Below are positions 17,795 to 26,481 of a stretch of DNA of 64,000 nucleotides, piece by piece; position 1 is the stretch's first letter, and each line of letters starts with the position of its first letter. Both the position numbers and the translations under genes were made by a program. The stretch comes from Thermomonas sp. GTDB taxonomy: Bacteria; Pseudomonadota; Gammaproteobacteria; Xanthomonadales; Xanthomonadaceae. The DNA lies in contig NZ_JAQSDO010000005.1 of NCBI RefSeq assembly GCF_029945965.1, positions 2,279 to 66,278 of the forward strand, given 5' to 3'. The notes beneath the pieces are model-generated. The model worked only from the letters and a program-made list of their open reading frames with translations. It ran no database searches and was not told where the DNA came from.

Positions 17795-19903
17795 GTGGCC
17801 CGCGGCAAAGCTCCTGCGCCGGCGCTGAGTGCGTCCGGCGCCACCCCGATCACCACATTGCCTGGGGTCGGGCCGGTGCTGGCCGAAAAACTCGCCGCAC
17901 GCGGGCTGCTGACCCTGCAGGACCTGTGGCTGCACCTTCCACGCCAATACGAGGACCGCACCGCACTGGTGCCAATTCGTAGCCTGCAGGCGGGCACCGC
18001 CGTGCAGGTGGAAGGGCGGGTCGAGGCAGTGGAGCGTGGTTTCCGCTACCGGCCCATGCTGCGAGTGGCGTTGGGCGATGACTCCCGCGCGACGCTTGTG
18101 CTGCGGTTCTTCCATTTCCGTGCACAACAGGTCGCGCAGTTCAGCCCCGGCGTGCGGGTGCGCGCCTATGGCACGCCACGACCTGGCCAGCACGGCCTGG
18201 AGATGGTGCATCCCAGTTACCGGATTCTTGGCGATGGCAAGCACGCGCTGGGCGACGCACTGGATCCGGTGTATCCGGACATCGAGGGAATTGGTTCCGC
18301 CAACTTGCGTCGGCTGATCGGGCTTGCGCTGGAACATTTGCCGGATGCCGCCAGCCTGGAACTGCTGCCTGCGGACGCACTGACGCAACTGCGCCTGCCC
18401 GGTATGCGTGAGGCCTTGCTGACCCTGCACCGGCCGCCCGCGGATGCCGATGTCGGCGCGTTGCAAACCGGCCTGCATCCGGCCCAGCGTCGGCTGGCGC
18501 TGGAAGAACTGCTGGCTCACCAACTCAGCCTGCGCCGGCAACGGATCGCCATGCAGCAGCAAGGCGCGCGGCCGCTCACAGGCAAGGGGCGACTGGTAGA
18601 GCGCCTGCGCAAGCAACTGCCCTTCAAGCTGACAGCCGCCCAGCAGCGTGTATACGCGCAGGTGCGCGATGACCTGGCACTGCCGCGACCGATGCTGCGA
18701 CTGGTACAGGGCGACGTGGGCAGCGGCAAGACCGTGGTTGCGGCGATGGCCGCGTTGCTGGCAGTCGAGGAAGGTCGCCAGGCCGCGCTGATGGCCCCGA
18801 CCGAGCTGCTGGCCGAACAACACCTGGGCAACCTGCGCGCATGGCTGGAACCACTCGGTGTGCGCGTGTGCTGGCTGGCCGGCAAGGTCACCGGCAAGGC
18901 ACGGGTGGCGGCGCTGGCCGACGTGGCTTCCGGTGCGGCGCAAGTGGTGGTCGGCACCCACGCATTGATGCAGGAAAGCGTCGCGTTCCACGATCTCGCG
19001 CTTGCCATCGTCGATGAACAGCATCGCTTCGGCGTGCACCAGCGCCTGGCCTTGCGCGACAAGGGGCGTGAAGGTAACGGCCTGCCGCATCAGTTGGTGA
19101 TGACTGCAACACCAATACCGCGCACGCTGGCAATGAGCGCCTATGCCGATCTTGACGTCTCGGCAATCGACGAATTACCGCCGGGCCGGACTCCGGTCAC
19201 CACCATTGCGCTGGCCGCCGAGCGCCGCCCGGAGTTGGTCGAGCGCATCCGCGCTGCCTGCGCCGAAGGCCGGCAGGCGTACTGGGTCTGCACCCTGATC
19301 GATGATTCCGACGAAGTGGTCGCGCAGGCCGCGCAGTCCACCTTCGAAGCCTTGCAACTGGCCCTGCCGGAGCTGCGCATTGGCATGGTGCATGGTCGCC
19401 AGAAGGCGGCTGAAAAGCAGGCGACGATGCGCGGCTTCAAGCAGAACGAATTGGACCTGCTGGTGGCGACCACGGTCATTGAAGTGGGCGTGGACGTGCC
19501 GAATGCGTCGCTGATGGTGATCGAGAATGCCGAGCGCCTGGGCCTGGCCCAGCTGCACCAGCTGCGCGGACGGGTCGGCCGCGGTAGTGCGGCCTCGAGC
19601 TGCGTGTTGCTCTACCAGGCGCCGCTGTCGGCGATGGCGCGCGAGCGCCTGGACACCTTGCGGCGCACGAATGACGGGTTCGAGATCGCCGAAAAGGACC
19701 TGCAATTGCGCGGGCCCGGCGAATTGCTGGGCACCCGCCAGACCGGCCTCGCGAATTTCCGCCTCGCCGACCTGGCGCGTGACGCCGACCTGCTGCCGCA
19801 GGTGCATGCGCTGGCGGACCGGCTGTTGCTCGAATCCCCTGACATCGCCGAACGGATCGTCATGCGCTGGGTGGGCGGCGCCGCGCGTTACGCGTCGGCA
19901 TGA
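17795..19903 (+). CDS. recG: ATP-dependent DNA helicase RecG
   Basis: LVQGDVGSGKT, MAPTELLAEQH, IVDEQHRFG, MTATPIPRTL and QLHQLRGRVGRG. Start uncertain (GTG at 17795). Confidence 0.97.
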   Translation: MARGKAPAPALSASGATPITTLPGVGPVLAEKLAARGLLTLQDLWLHLPRQYEDRTALVPIRSLQAGTAVQVEGRVEAVERGFRYRPMLRVALGDDSRATLVLRFFHFRAQQVAQFSPGVRVRAYGTPRPGQHGLEMVHPSYRILGDGKHALGDALDPVYPDIEGIGSANLRRLIGLALEHLPDAASLELLPADALTQLRLPGMREALLTLHRPPADADVGALQTGLHPAQRRLALEELLAHQLSLRRQRIAMQQQGARPLTGKGRLVERLRKQLPFKLTAAQQRVYAQVRDDLALPRPMLRLVQGDVGSGKTVVAAMAALLAVEEGRQAALMAPTELLAEQHLGNLRAWLEPLGVRVCWLAGKVTGKARVAALADVASGAAQVVVGTHALMQESVAFHDLALAIVDEQHRFGVHQRLALRDKGREGNGLPHQLVMTATPIPRTLAMSAYADLDVSAIDELPPGRTPVTTIALAAERRPELVERIRAACAEGRQAYWVCTLIDDSDEVVAQAAQSTFEALQLALPELRIGMVHGRQKAAEKQATMRGFKQNELDLLVATTVIEVGVDVPNASLMVIENAERLGLAQLHQLRGRVGRGSAASSCVLLYQAPLSAMARERLDTLRRTNDGFEIAEKDLQLRGPGELLGTRQTGLANFRLADLARDADLLPQVHALADRLLLESPDIAERIVMRWVGGAARYASA

Positions 19904-19957
19904 GGCATCCGCATGTCGCATCGCGATGACGGGTCGAGATGAAGCAATAATGTGCGA

Positions 19958-20896
19958 ATGACAAATGACCGAATTCCCCTGCTGATCGATACCGACCCGG
20001 GCGTGGACGACGCGCTCGCCCTGTTGATGGCCTTCAACGACACACGCCATGAGCTGGTGGCGTTGACCATTGCTGCCGGCAATGTCGGCCTGGAACACAC
20101 TGTCGCCAATGCCCTGAAGCTGTGCGAGGTCTGCGGCGTGGACGTGCCGGTGTTTGCCGGCGCGGACGCTCCGTTGCTGCATCCCGCGCTGGACGCTGCC
20201 TATGTGCACGGTCGTGACGGTTTCGGCGATACCGGCTATGTGCCATCAAAGCGCCAGGCCGAGGCCGAACATGCTGCATTGGCCATCCTGCGGCTCTCGC
20301 ACCAACACGCCGGCCGCCTGTTGCTGGTCGCGCTCGGCCCGCTGACCAATATCGCGCTGGCGCTCAAGCTTGATCCGACCCTGCCGCAACGTGTCGCCCG
20401 CTGCGTGGTGATGGGCGGCGCGGTGAGCGCGCACGGCAATATCACCGCGGCTGCCGAGTTCAACATCGCCTTCGACCCGGAATCGGCGCACCTGGTCTTC
20501 GCCGCGTTTCCGCGGATCGAACTGGCCGACTGGGAAGCCGTGCTGGCGCATGGGTTGCCGCATGTCGATGTGGAACGCTGGTTGGCGGCGGATTCGCCGC
20601 GTGCGCGCTTCTATGCGGGGATCTCCACGCATACGCGGGCCTGGTCGCGGGCCGGGCGTGGCGAGCGCTGGCATGCCGCCGATGCGCTGGCGATGGCATT
20701 GGCGCTCGAGCCGGGCGGCGTTGTCGAGATGCTCGAGCGTCCGCTTGTGGTGGAACTCGACGGACGCCACACGCGCGGGAGCACGGTCATCGACTGGAAC
20801 AGGCAGGGCGGCCGTGCGGACAATACGGCAATCCTGATGCGTTACGAGCAAGGCCATTTCGAGCGGCTGCTGGAGTCGGCACTGGCCGCTTCGTGA
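19958..20896 (+). CDS. Nucleoside hydrolase (IUNH family)
   Basis: LIDTDPGVDD (DxDxGxDD), VHGRDGFGD, LGPLTNIALA and AAEFNIAFDPE. Confidence 0.94.
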   Translation: MTNDRIPLLIDTDPGVDDALALLMAFNDTRHELVALTIAAGNVGLEHTVANALKLCEVCGVDVPVFAGADAPLLHPALDAAYVHGRDGFGDTGYVPSKRQAEAEHAALAILRLSHQHAGRLLLVALGPLTNIALALKLDPTLPQRVARCVVMGGAVSAHGNITAAAEFNIAFDPESAHLVFAAFPRIELADWEAVLAHGLPHVDVERWLAADSPRARFYAGISTHTRAWSRAGRGERWHAADALAMALALEPGGVVEMLERPLVVELDGRHTRGSTVIDWNRQGGRADNTAILMRYEQGHFERLLESALAAS

Positions 20897-20991
20897 TGTG
20901 ACGGTGGGGCTGGCCGGACACGCTCGACTAGGTGATCTGCGCAGCGGCATTTCGAGCCGTGTAGCGAATACCGGCCAGTCGCGCCGTCACA
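20897..20991. other. Unassigned ~95-nt nested inverted repeat / long hairpin
   Basis: TGTGACGG/CCGTCACA, CTGGCCGG/CCGGCCAG, ACACG/CGTGT and CTCGA/TCGAG pair in nested order. Confidence 0.7.
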
Positions 20992-21005
20992 ACAAAACGT
21001 GAAGC

Positions 21006-21035
21006 TTGCACCTCGCTGGCGAGGGTCGCTATAAT
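21006..21035 (+). promoter_or_regulatory. Sigma70 promoter of the L31 gene
   Basis: TTGCAC-N18-TATAAT followed by a GCGCGG discriminator. Confidence 0.7.
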
Positions 21036-21071
21036 GCGCGGCTCTCTTCCGCTTCAATTCAGGTCCACGCC

Positions 21072-21317
21072 ATGAAAGACGGCATCCACCCCGAATACCG
21101 TGACGTCGTCTTCCAGGACGTGACTTCCGATTTCAAGATCCTGACCCGCTCGACCCTTGGCAGCAAGGAAACGGTGAAGTGGGAAGACGGCAACGAATAT
21201 CCGCTGGTCAAAGTGGAAGTCTCGTCGTCGTCGCACCCGTTCTATACCGGTCAGCACAAGATCCTGGATACTGGCGGCCGCGTGGACAAGTTCCGCAAGC
21301 GCTACGCCGCCAAGTAA
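21072..21317 (+). CDS. rpmE2: 50S ribosomal protein L31, type B (no zinc ribbon)
   Basis: [29 protein letters not shown] and [10 protein letters not shown]; no Cys residues. Confidence 0.96.
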   Translation: MKDGIHPEYRDVVFQDVTSDFKILTRSTLGSKETVKWEDGNEYPLVKVEVSSSSHPFYTGQHKILDTGGRVDKFRKRYAAK

Positions 21318-21338
21318 GCGCGAGCCTGCGTCGCCCTG

Positions 21339-21368
21339 ACGGCCACCCCAGCGGTGGCCGTTTGCGTT
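21339..21368 (+). terminator. Intrinsic terminator after L31
   Basis: ACGGCCACC-CCAGC-GGTGGCCGT followed by TTGCGTTT. Confidence 0.7.
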
Positions 21369-21556
21369 TCCGGCCTCCCATCCTGCAGCCGTAACCAAGC
21401 GCGTGAACCGCGTGGGCGGTGGTTATCCGGCGTCCACCTGTACTTTCGACCGAGCATCCGCTCAAATCCGCTGTGCGATAATGCGCGACCCCCAGCGCCG
21501 CTTGCCCGTCGTCTTGCGCGACCGCAGCCGTGCCGTTCGAATTACAGGAGCGCGTC

Positions 21557-22846
21557 GTGTCGCAACTCGATCAGATGACCCTAACCGCCGGCGACAAGTC
21601 GGTGATCCTGCCGGTAATCCAGCCGGTGCTTGGCCAGCCCTGCGTTGATATCGCCAAGCTTCCGAAGGAAACCGGTTGCTTTACGTACGATCCGGGCTTC
21701 GGCGCCACCGCCAGCTGCAAGTCGGCGATCACCTATATCGATGGCGATGCCGGCGTGTTGCTGTATCGCGGCTATCCGATCGAGCAACTGGCCAAGCAGT
21801 CGAGCTTCCTTGAAGTCGCCTATCTGTTGATGAACGGCGAACTTCCGAACCAGGCCGAGTTCGCCGCGTTCGACAACGAAGTCACCCACCACACGATGAT
21901 GCATGAGTCGCTGAAGGATTTTCTTGGCGGCTTCCGTTACGACGCCCATCCGATGGCGGTGCTCTGTGGTTCGGTTGCGTCACTGTCTGCGTTTTACCAT
22001 GACACGCTGGACCTCGAGGATCCCGAACAGCGCCGGCTGGCGGCGATCCGGTTGATCGCGAAGGTTCCCACGATTGCTGCTGCAGCGTATCGCTATTCTA
22101 TTGGTTGGCCGGTGAGCTATCCGCGCAACAGCCTTGGCTACGTCGACCGTTTCCTGCACATGATGTTCGAGGTGCCAAGCGAGCCGCTGGAGATCAATCC
22201 AGTGGTCGCCAAGGCGCTGGACCTGCTGTTCATCCTGCACGCCGATCACGAGCAGAACGCATCGACCTCGACCGTGCGCCTGGTCGGGTCAACCGGTGCC
22301 AATCCGTATGCGTCGGTGGCGGCGGGCATCGCCGCGCTGTGGGGGCCGGCACATGGTGGCGCCAACGAGGCAGTCCTGAAGATGCTCGCCGAGATCGGCG
22401 ATGCAAAGCACGTGGATAGCGCCATCGCCAAGGCCAAGGACAAGGAATCCGGATTCCGCCTGATGGGCTTCGGCCATCGCGTCTACAAGAACTTCGACCC
22501 GCGCGCGAAGATCATCCGCGAGATGACCCACCAAGTCCTGGCTGAATTGGGCGTAGACGATCCGTTGCTGGAGGTGGCGCTCAAGCTCGAAGAGACCGCA
22601 CTCAAGGACGACTACTTCGTGCAGCGCAAGCTGTATCCCAACGTCGATTTCTACAGCGGCATCATCTACAAGGCGCTGAAGATCCCGACCGAAATGTTTA
22701 CCGTGATGTTTGCCATCGCCCGTACCGCCGGCTGGGTCAGTCACTGGCTTGAGCAGCAGAACGATCCGGAGAATCGCATCGGCCGTCCACGCCAAATCTA
22801 TACCGGTCACGCGAACCGTGACTACGTCGGAGTTGGCCAGCGCTGA
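21557..22846 (+). CDS. gltA: Citrate synthase (type II)
   Basis: [46 protein letters not shown] and YPNVDFYSG. Confidence 0.97.
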   Translation: MSQLDQMTLTAGDKSVILPVIQPVLGQPCVDIAKLPKETGCFTYDPGFGATASCKSAITYIDGDAGVLLYRGYPIEQLAKQSSFLEVAYLLMNGELPNQAEFAAFDNEVTHHTMMHESLKDFLGGFRYDAHPMAVLCGSVASLSAFYHDTLDLEDPEQRRLAAIRLIAKVPTIAAAAYRYSIGWPVSYPRNSLGYVDRFLHMMFEVPSEPLEINPVVAKALDLLFILHADHEQNASTSTVRLVGSTGANPYASVAAGIAALWGPAHGGANEAVLKMLAEIGDAKHVDSAIAKAKDKESGFRLMGFGHRVYKNFDPRAKIIREMTHQVLAELGVDDPLLEVALKLEETALKDDYFVQRKLYPNVDFYSGIIYKALKIPTEMFTVMFAIARTAGWVSHWLEQQNDPENRIGRPRQIYTGHANRDYVGVGQR

Positions 22847-22872
22847 TTGCCGGCGCATTCGCCGCAGTCTAG

Positions 22873-22902
22873 AAACGCCCCGCATTGCGGGGCGTTTTCG
22901 TT
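22873..22902 (+). terminator. Intrinsic terminator after gltA
   Basis: AAACGCCCCGC-ATT-GCGGGGCGTTT followed by TCGTT. Confidence 0.8.
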
Positions 22903-23024
22903 GTGGGGCCAGAGATTGCCAAACTGCAATGTCGCGGACAGCTCCCGGCAAATCTGACTGTCCTAACGTGGCCCCTGTACCACCCCACTCACGGTCGAGT
23001 GGCCACCACCGAGGAGATCCCAGC

Positions 23025-23288
23025 ATGCGCATCCTGATGTCAGTCGTACTTGCCCTCAGCCTTTGGGGCACGGCTGCGATGGCTGCGCCCACGATACCGG
23101 CCAAGACCATACAGGCAGCCGCCCCCGCTGCCACCGCCACCGCCAAGCCTGCCGCGACCCCGCAAAAAGCGGGTGCGACGGCGACCCGATGCCGTGATGC
23201 CAAGGGCCATTTCATGGCCTGTGGCACGACGGCGAAGAAACAGACCTGCCGCGACACCAAGGGCCGGTTTGCATCCTGCAAGAGCTGA
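23025..23288 (+). CDS. Small secreted protein with two CRDxKGxFxxC repeats
   Basis: GAGGAG Shine-Dalgarno, ATG at 23025, Sec-type signal peptide (..TAAMA|A), Ala/Pro/Thr/Lys-rich linker, then CRDAKGHFMAC and CRDTKGRFASC. Confidence 0.75.
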   Translation: MRILMSVVLALSLWGTAAMAAPTIPAKTIQAAAPAATATAKPAATPQKAGATATRCRDAKGHFMACGTTAKKQTCRDTKGRFASCKS

Positions 23289-23354
23289 TCTGACCAAACG
23301 TTTTCTCTCTTCCCCTTCTTTTTCCTACATCCTTACATTCCCCAGGAGTTCACC

Positions 23355-23585
23355 ATGAAGACCACATCGATCCTGCTGGTTGCCGCCATGTTCGCCGCCA
23401 GTGGCATGGCAGTTGCCGCCACCCAGGACACTGCGAAGCCTGCAGCCCCCGCGGCAACCGCAGCGGCACCAGCCGCGGCGCAGAAGGCCCAGAAGGCCCA
23501 GAAGGCCCATAAGGTCCATAAGGCTTCGGCTGCGGCAGCCACAAAGGCTGATTCGGCCAAGGCTGATCCGGGCAAGACCAAGTAA
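23355..23585 (+). CDS. Small secreted Ala/Lys-rich protein (Asr-like composition)
   Basis: AGGAG Shine-Dalgarno, signal peptide (..GMAVA|A) and AQKAQKAQKAHKVHKA; its own terminator follows. Confidence 0.8.
   Translation: MKTTSILLVAAMFAASGMAVAATQDTAKPAAPAATAAAPAAAQKAQKAQKAHKVHKASAAAATKADSAKADPGKTK
23481..23525 (+). repeat. In-frame 9-bp tandem repeat
   Basis: CAGAAGGCC x3 followed by CATAAGGTC and CATAAGGCT, encoding QKA QKA QKA HKV HKA. Confidence 0.85.
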
Positions 23586-23600
23586 TCCGGCCGGTTTTGA

Positions 23601-23630
23601 CAAACGCCCCGCCCATCGGCGGGGCGTTTG
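23601..23630 (+). terminator. Hairpin/terminator after the Asr-like gene
   Basis: CAAACGCCCCGCC-CATC-GGCGGGGCGTTTG, 13-bp stem. Confidence 0.7.
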
Positions 23631-23691
23631 CATATCTGCGGCAAGCCGGACAATGCGCCAGACTACCCGGCAGGTTCCAGTGGAGTTGGCG

Positions 23692-24366
23692 ATGCGCGTA
23701 CTGGTGGTGGAAGACGACCCGCAGACCGCCGCATTCCTGGGCAAGGGCCTGCGCGAGGAAGGGCATGCCGTCGACCATGCAGATAATGGCAAGGACGGGT
23801 TGTTCCTTGCGACGACCGAAACCTACGATGTGATCGTGCTGGACCGGATGCTGCCGGGGCTGGATGGACTGACGTTGCTGCGTACCCTGCGCGGTGCCGG
23901 CAACCGCACACCAGTGCTGTTGCTGAGCGCCTTGGGCGATGTCGACCACCGGGTCGAGGGCCTGCGTGCCGGCAGCGACGATTATCTCGCCAAGCCATTC
24001 GCCTACACGGAGCTCAGCGCCCGGTTGGATGGAATCGTGCGGCGGGCAGGAGACGCCACCGCTGGATCCGGGAAGTTGGTGGTGGCAGACCTTGTGCTGG
24101 ACCTGCTTCGCCATGAAGTCACCCGCGACGGCAGGAAGATTGCATTGCAACCACGCGAATACCGGTTGCTGGAGTACCTGATGCGCCATCCCGGCCGCGC
24201 GGTAACCAGGACGATGTTGCTGGAAGCGGTCTGGGACTATCACTTCGACCCGCAGACCAACATCATCGACGTGCATGTCAGCCGGTTGCGGCAGAAGATT
24301 GATGCGGGCTTCGCACGGCCGTTGCTGCAGACGGTGCGCGGCGTCGGCTACCGGCTCGGCGACTAG
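23692..24366 (+). CDS. OmpR-family response regulator (CusR/CopR-like branch)
   Basis: MRVLVVEDD, VLDRMLP (phospho-Asp), DDYLAKPF, and a winged helix ending HFDPQTNIIDVHVSRLR...TVRGVGY. Confidence 0.93.
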   Translation: MRVLVVEDDPQTAAFLGKGLREEGHAVDHADNGKDGLFLATTETYDVIVLDRMLPGLDGLTLLRTLRGAGNRTPVLLLSALGDVDHRVEGLRAGSDDYLAKPFAYTELSARLDGIVRRAGDATAGSGKLVVADLVLDLLRHEVTRDGRKIALQPREYRLLEYLMRHPGRAVTRTMLLEAVWDYHFDPQTNIIDVHVSRLRQKIDAGFARPLLQTVRGVGYRLGD

Positions 24367-24376
24367 GCGCGCCGGC

Positions 24377-25738
24377 ATGCACCCGCGACTGCAATCCACC
24401 AGCACGCGATTGGTACTGGCGGTTTCAATGGCCTTTCTGGCGGCCTTCCTGCTGCTGGGCGCGGGAATCTACAGCTCGGTGTTGGCCAACCTGGACCACG
24501 ACACCCGCGAGTTCGTGGCTTCCGATGTCGCCGAATTGCTCGACCTGCGGCAGCGGGCAGGCACTGCTGCCTTGCTGTCGGAAGTGCGCACGCGCGTGAC
24601 CGACCCGGATGATGCCGACCTGCTGTACGCGGTGATCGATTCACGCGGAACGCTGCTGGCCGGTGACGATGTCGGTGTGGCGCTTGCACACCGGGCAGGC
24701 TGGGTCCGGTTTCGCGATCCGGTCGATCCGGCTCATCCACGCGTGCTGGCCAAGCTTGCCCCGCTGGGCCGTGGCCAGTGGCTGGTCGCGGGCATGCGCT
24801 TGCGTGCCGAAGACGGTTTCCTCGCGATCATGCAGCGCTCGGTCCTGCTCGCGCTGGCGGTGGCAGTCGTGCTTGGCTTGCTGGTGGGCTGGCTGACTTC
24901 GCTATGGGTCGGCAGGCGGCTACGCCAGCTGGATGAAACCGCCCGCAGGATCGCAGGGGGCGAGCATGGGTTGCGGGTGCCGGCCGATGGCAGCGGCGAT
25001 CCGTTCGACCGCGTCGGTGCGCGCCTGAATGTCATGCTCGACCGGATTGATGCGCTGATGGATGGAGTCCGCGAGGCCACCGACCACATCGCGCATGACC
25101 TGCGCACCCCATTGACGCGCTTGCGCCAACGGCTGGAAGCGCTGCATGCCGCCAGCGGCAATAGCAGCGCACCGGCCCTGATCGATGCCGCCATCGTCGA
25201 AACCGACGCGTTGCTGCAGACGTTTGCCGCCTTGCTGCGGCTATCGCGGATCGAGGGGCAGGGGCCAACCGACGGCAGCGTGGTTGATCTTGCCGGCATC
25301 GCCAGCGATGCGGTCGAGCTGTACGCGCCGGGTGCGGTGGACATCGGCATGCAGGTCGATATCGAGACGGCGCCGGCCTTGCTGGTGGGGGACCCGGACC
25401 AGTTGTTCCAACTGGTGGTGAACCTGCTCGACAACGCGATGAAGTATGCCGCTGCGGGCGCCAGCATCCGCGTGCGGACTTGCACGACCGAGGATGGCGT
25501 GAGGCTTGAAATCGCCGACCATGGCCCGGGAATCACGGCGGATGAGCGTGACCGGGTGTTTGATCGCTTCCAGCGCCTGGAGCCGCATCGTGGGACGCCA
25601 GGCAATGGTTTGGGATTGAGCCTGGTGCGTGCGATCGCGACCCGTCACGGCGGTCGGGTTGAACTACACGACAACCAGCCCGGGTTGTGTGTCGTGGTCG
25701 TAATTCCGGCGGCGTCAGTTCAGGGCGAGGCTTCGTAG
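24377..25738 (+). CDS. Sensor histidine kinase (2 TM, HAMP)
   Basis: H box IAHDLRTPL, N box NLLDNAMKY, G1 DHGPG and G2 GNGLGL are all intact. The 3' end overlaps the convergent gene by 19 bp. Confidence 0.93.
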   Translation: MHPRLQSTSTRLVLAVSMAFLAAFLLLGAGIYSSVLANLDHDTREFVASDVAELLDLRQRAGTAALLSEVRTRVTDPDDADLLYAVIDSRGTLLAGDDVGVALAHRAGWVRFRDPVDPAHPRVLAKLAPLGRGQWLVAGMRLRAEDGFLAIMQRSVLLALAVAVVLGLLVGWLTSLWVGRRLRQLDETARRIAGGEHGLRVPADGSGDPFDRVGARLNVMLDRIDALMDGVREATDHIAHDLRTPLTRLRQRLEALHAASGNSSAPALIDAAIVETDALLQTFAALLRLSRIEGQGPTDGSVVDLAGIASDAVELYAPGAVDIGMQVDIETAPALLVGDPDQLFQLVVNLLDNAMKYAAAGASIRVRTCTTEDGVRLEIADHGPGITADERDRVFDRFQRLEPHRGTPGNGLGLSLVRAIATRHGGRVELHDNQPGLCVVVVIPAASVQGEAS

Positions 25739-26391
25739 CCGGCGATTTCCTCATCCGCGAGGAGTACGCGCAGTTGCGCCAGCGATGCGCGTCGCATCGG
25801 TTTGCCATCGACGCCTGATAGAGGTGCCTGGCGCACCACATCGGCCGGCAGCACGGTCAGGTCGAAGCTCAGGTCCTCGGCGCTGAACAGCCATACCGGG
25901 AAGTCGGCTTCGCGCTGGCGATCCAGGCGCAAGTGGCGGCTGTGCGATTGCGTCGGGATGCCGTGCTCATCCAGCCAACGCGGCACGGCATCGGCATCGT
26001 CGCAATGCAACTGCAGGGCGACCTCGGAATTGCCATCGGCGGTGCCCTCGAGGGTGGCGCCGACCAGCCGCGGTTCGAAATCGCGGAAGAATTCCAGCGC
26101 ATTCACTGCTGCCTCGCGCCGACGGCGCACCTCGAAAGCCTGGTCACTGCCCAGGAACAGTCGCTGGTATTCGCGCAAGGCCTCTTCGATCTCGCGATTG
26201 CGCGGCAACGAGGCATCGTCATGGATGCCCAGCCGTTGCGCGGCCTTGAGCTTGGCCAGGTGGTAGTCGCGGATGCCGCCTTCGGCCATCAGCCGGGCGG
26301 CTTCGTGGGCCAGCTGCTGGCGGCGTTCGCGGGTGCGGGTCTGCGCATGCATGTGCGCGTGGAGCTTGGTGTGCTGGCGGGTGTTCGGCAT
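25720..26391 (-). CDS. Conserved hypothetical protein, nucleotidyltransferase-like fold (degenerate)
   Basis: Helical N-terminus (AARLMAEGGIRDYHLAKLKAA), then PRLVGATLEGTADGNSEVALQLH resembling the MNT GSxxxG...SDxDL motif; downstream of mrcA. Confidence 0.7.
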   Translation of the reverse strand: MPNTRQHTKLHAHMHAQTRTRERRQQLAHEAARLMAEGGIRDYHLAKLKAAQRLGIHDDASLPRNREIEEALREYQRLFLGSDQAFEVRRRREAAVNALEFFRDFEPRLVGATLEGTADGNSEVALQLHCDDADAVPRWLDEHGIPTQSHSRHLRLDRQREADFPVWLFSAEDLSFDLTVLPADVVRQAPLSGVDGKPMRRASLAQLRVLLADEEIAGYEASP

Positions 26392-26481
26392 CGTGCATCC
26401 CCGGAACCGGCTTGGATGAACTGTACCGGAGCGCCCGCCCGCATGCATCCACGGACGGGCTGGGCGTGAACCTGGAAGCGA

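Noticed and set aside
21072-21317. Zinc-free L31 as a possible Zur-regulated paralogue
   Set aside because: No Zur-like palindrome recognised, and it has a strong housekeeping-type promoter; likely the sole L31 in this lineage.
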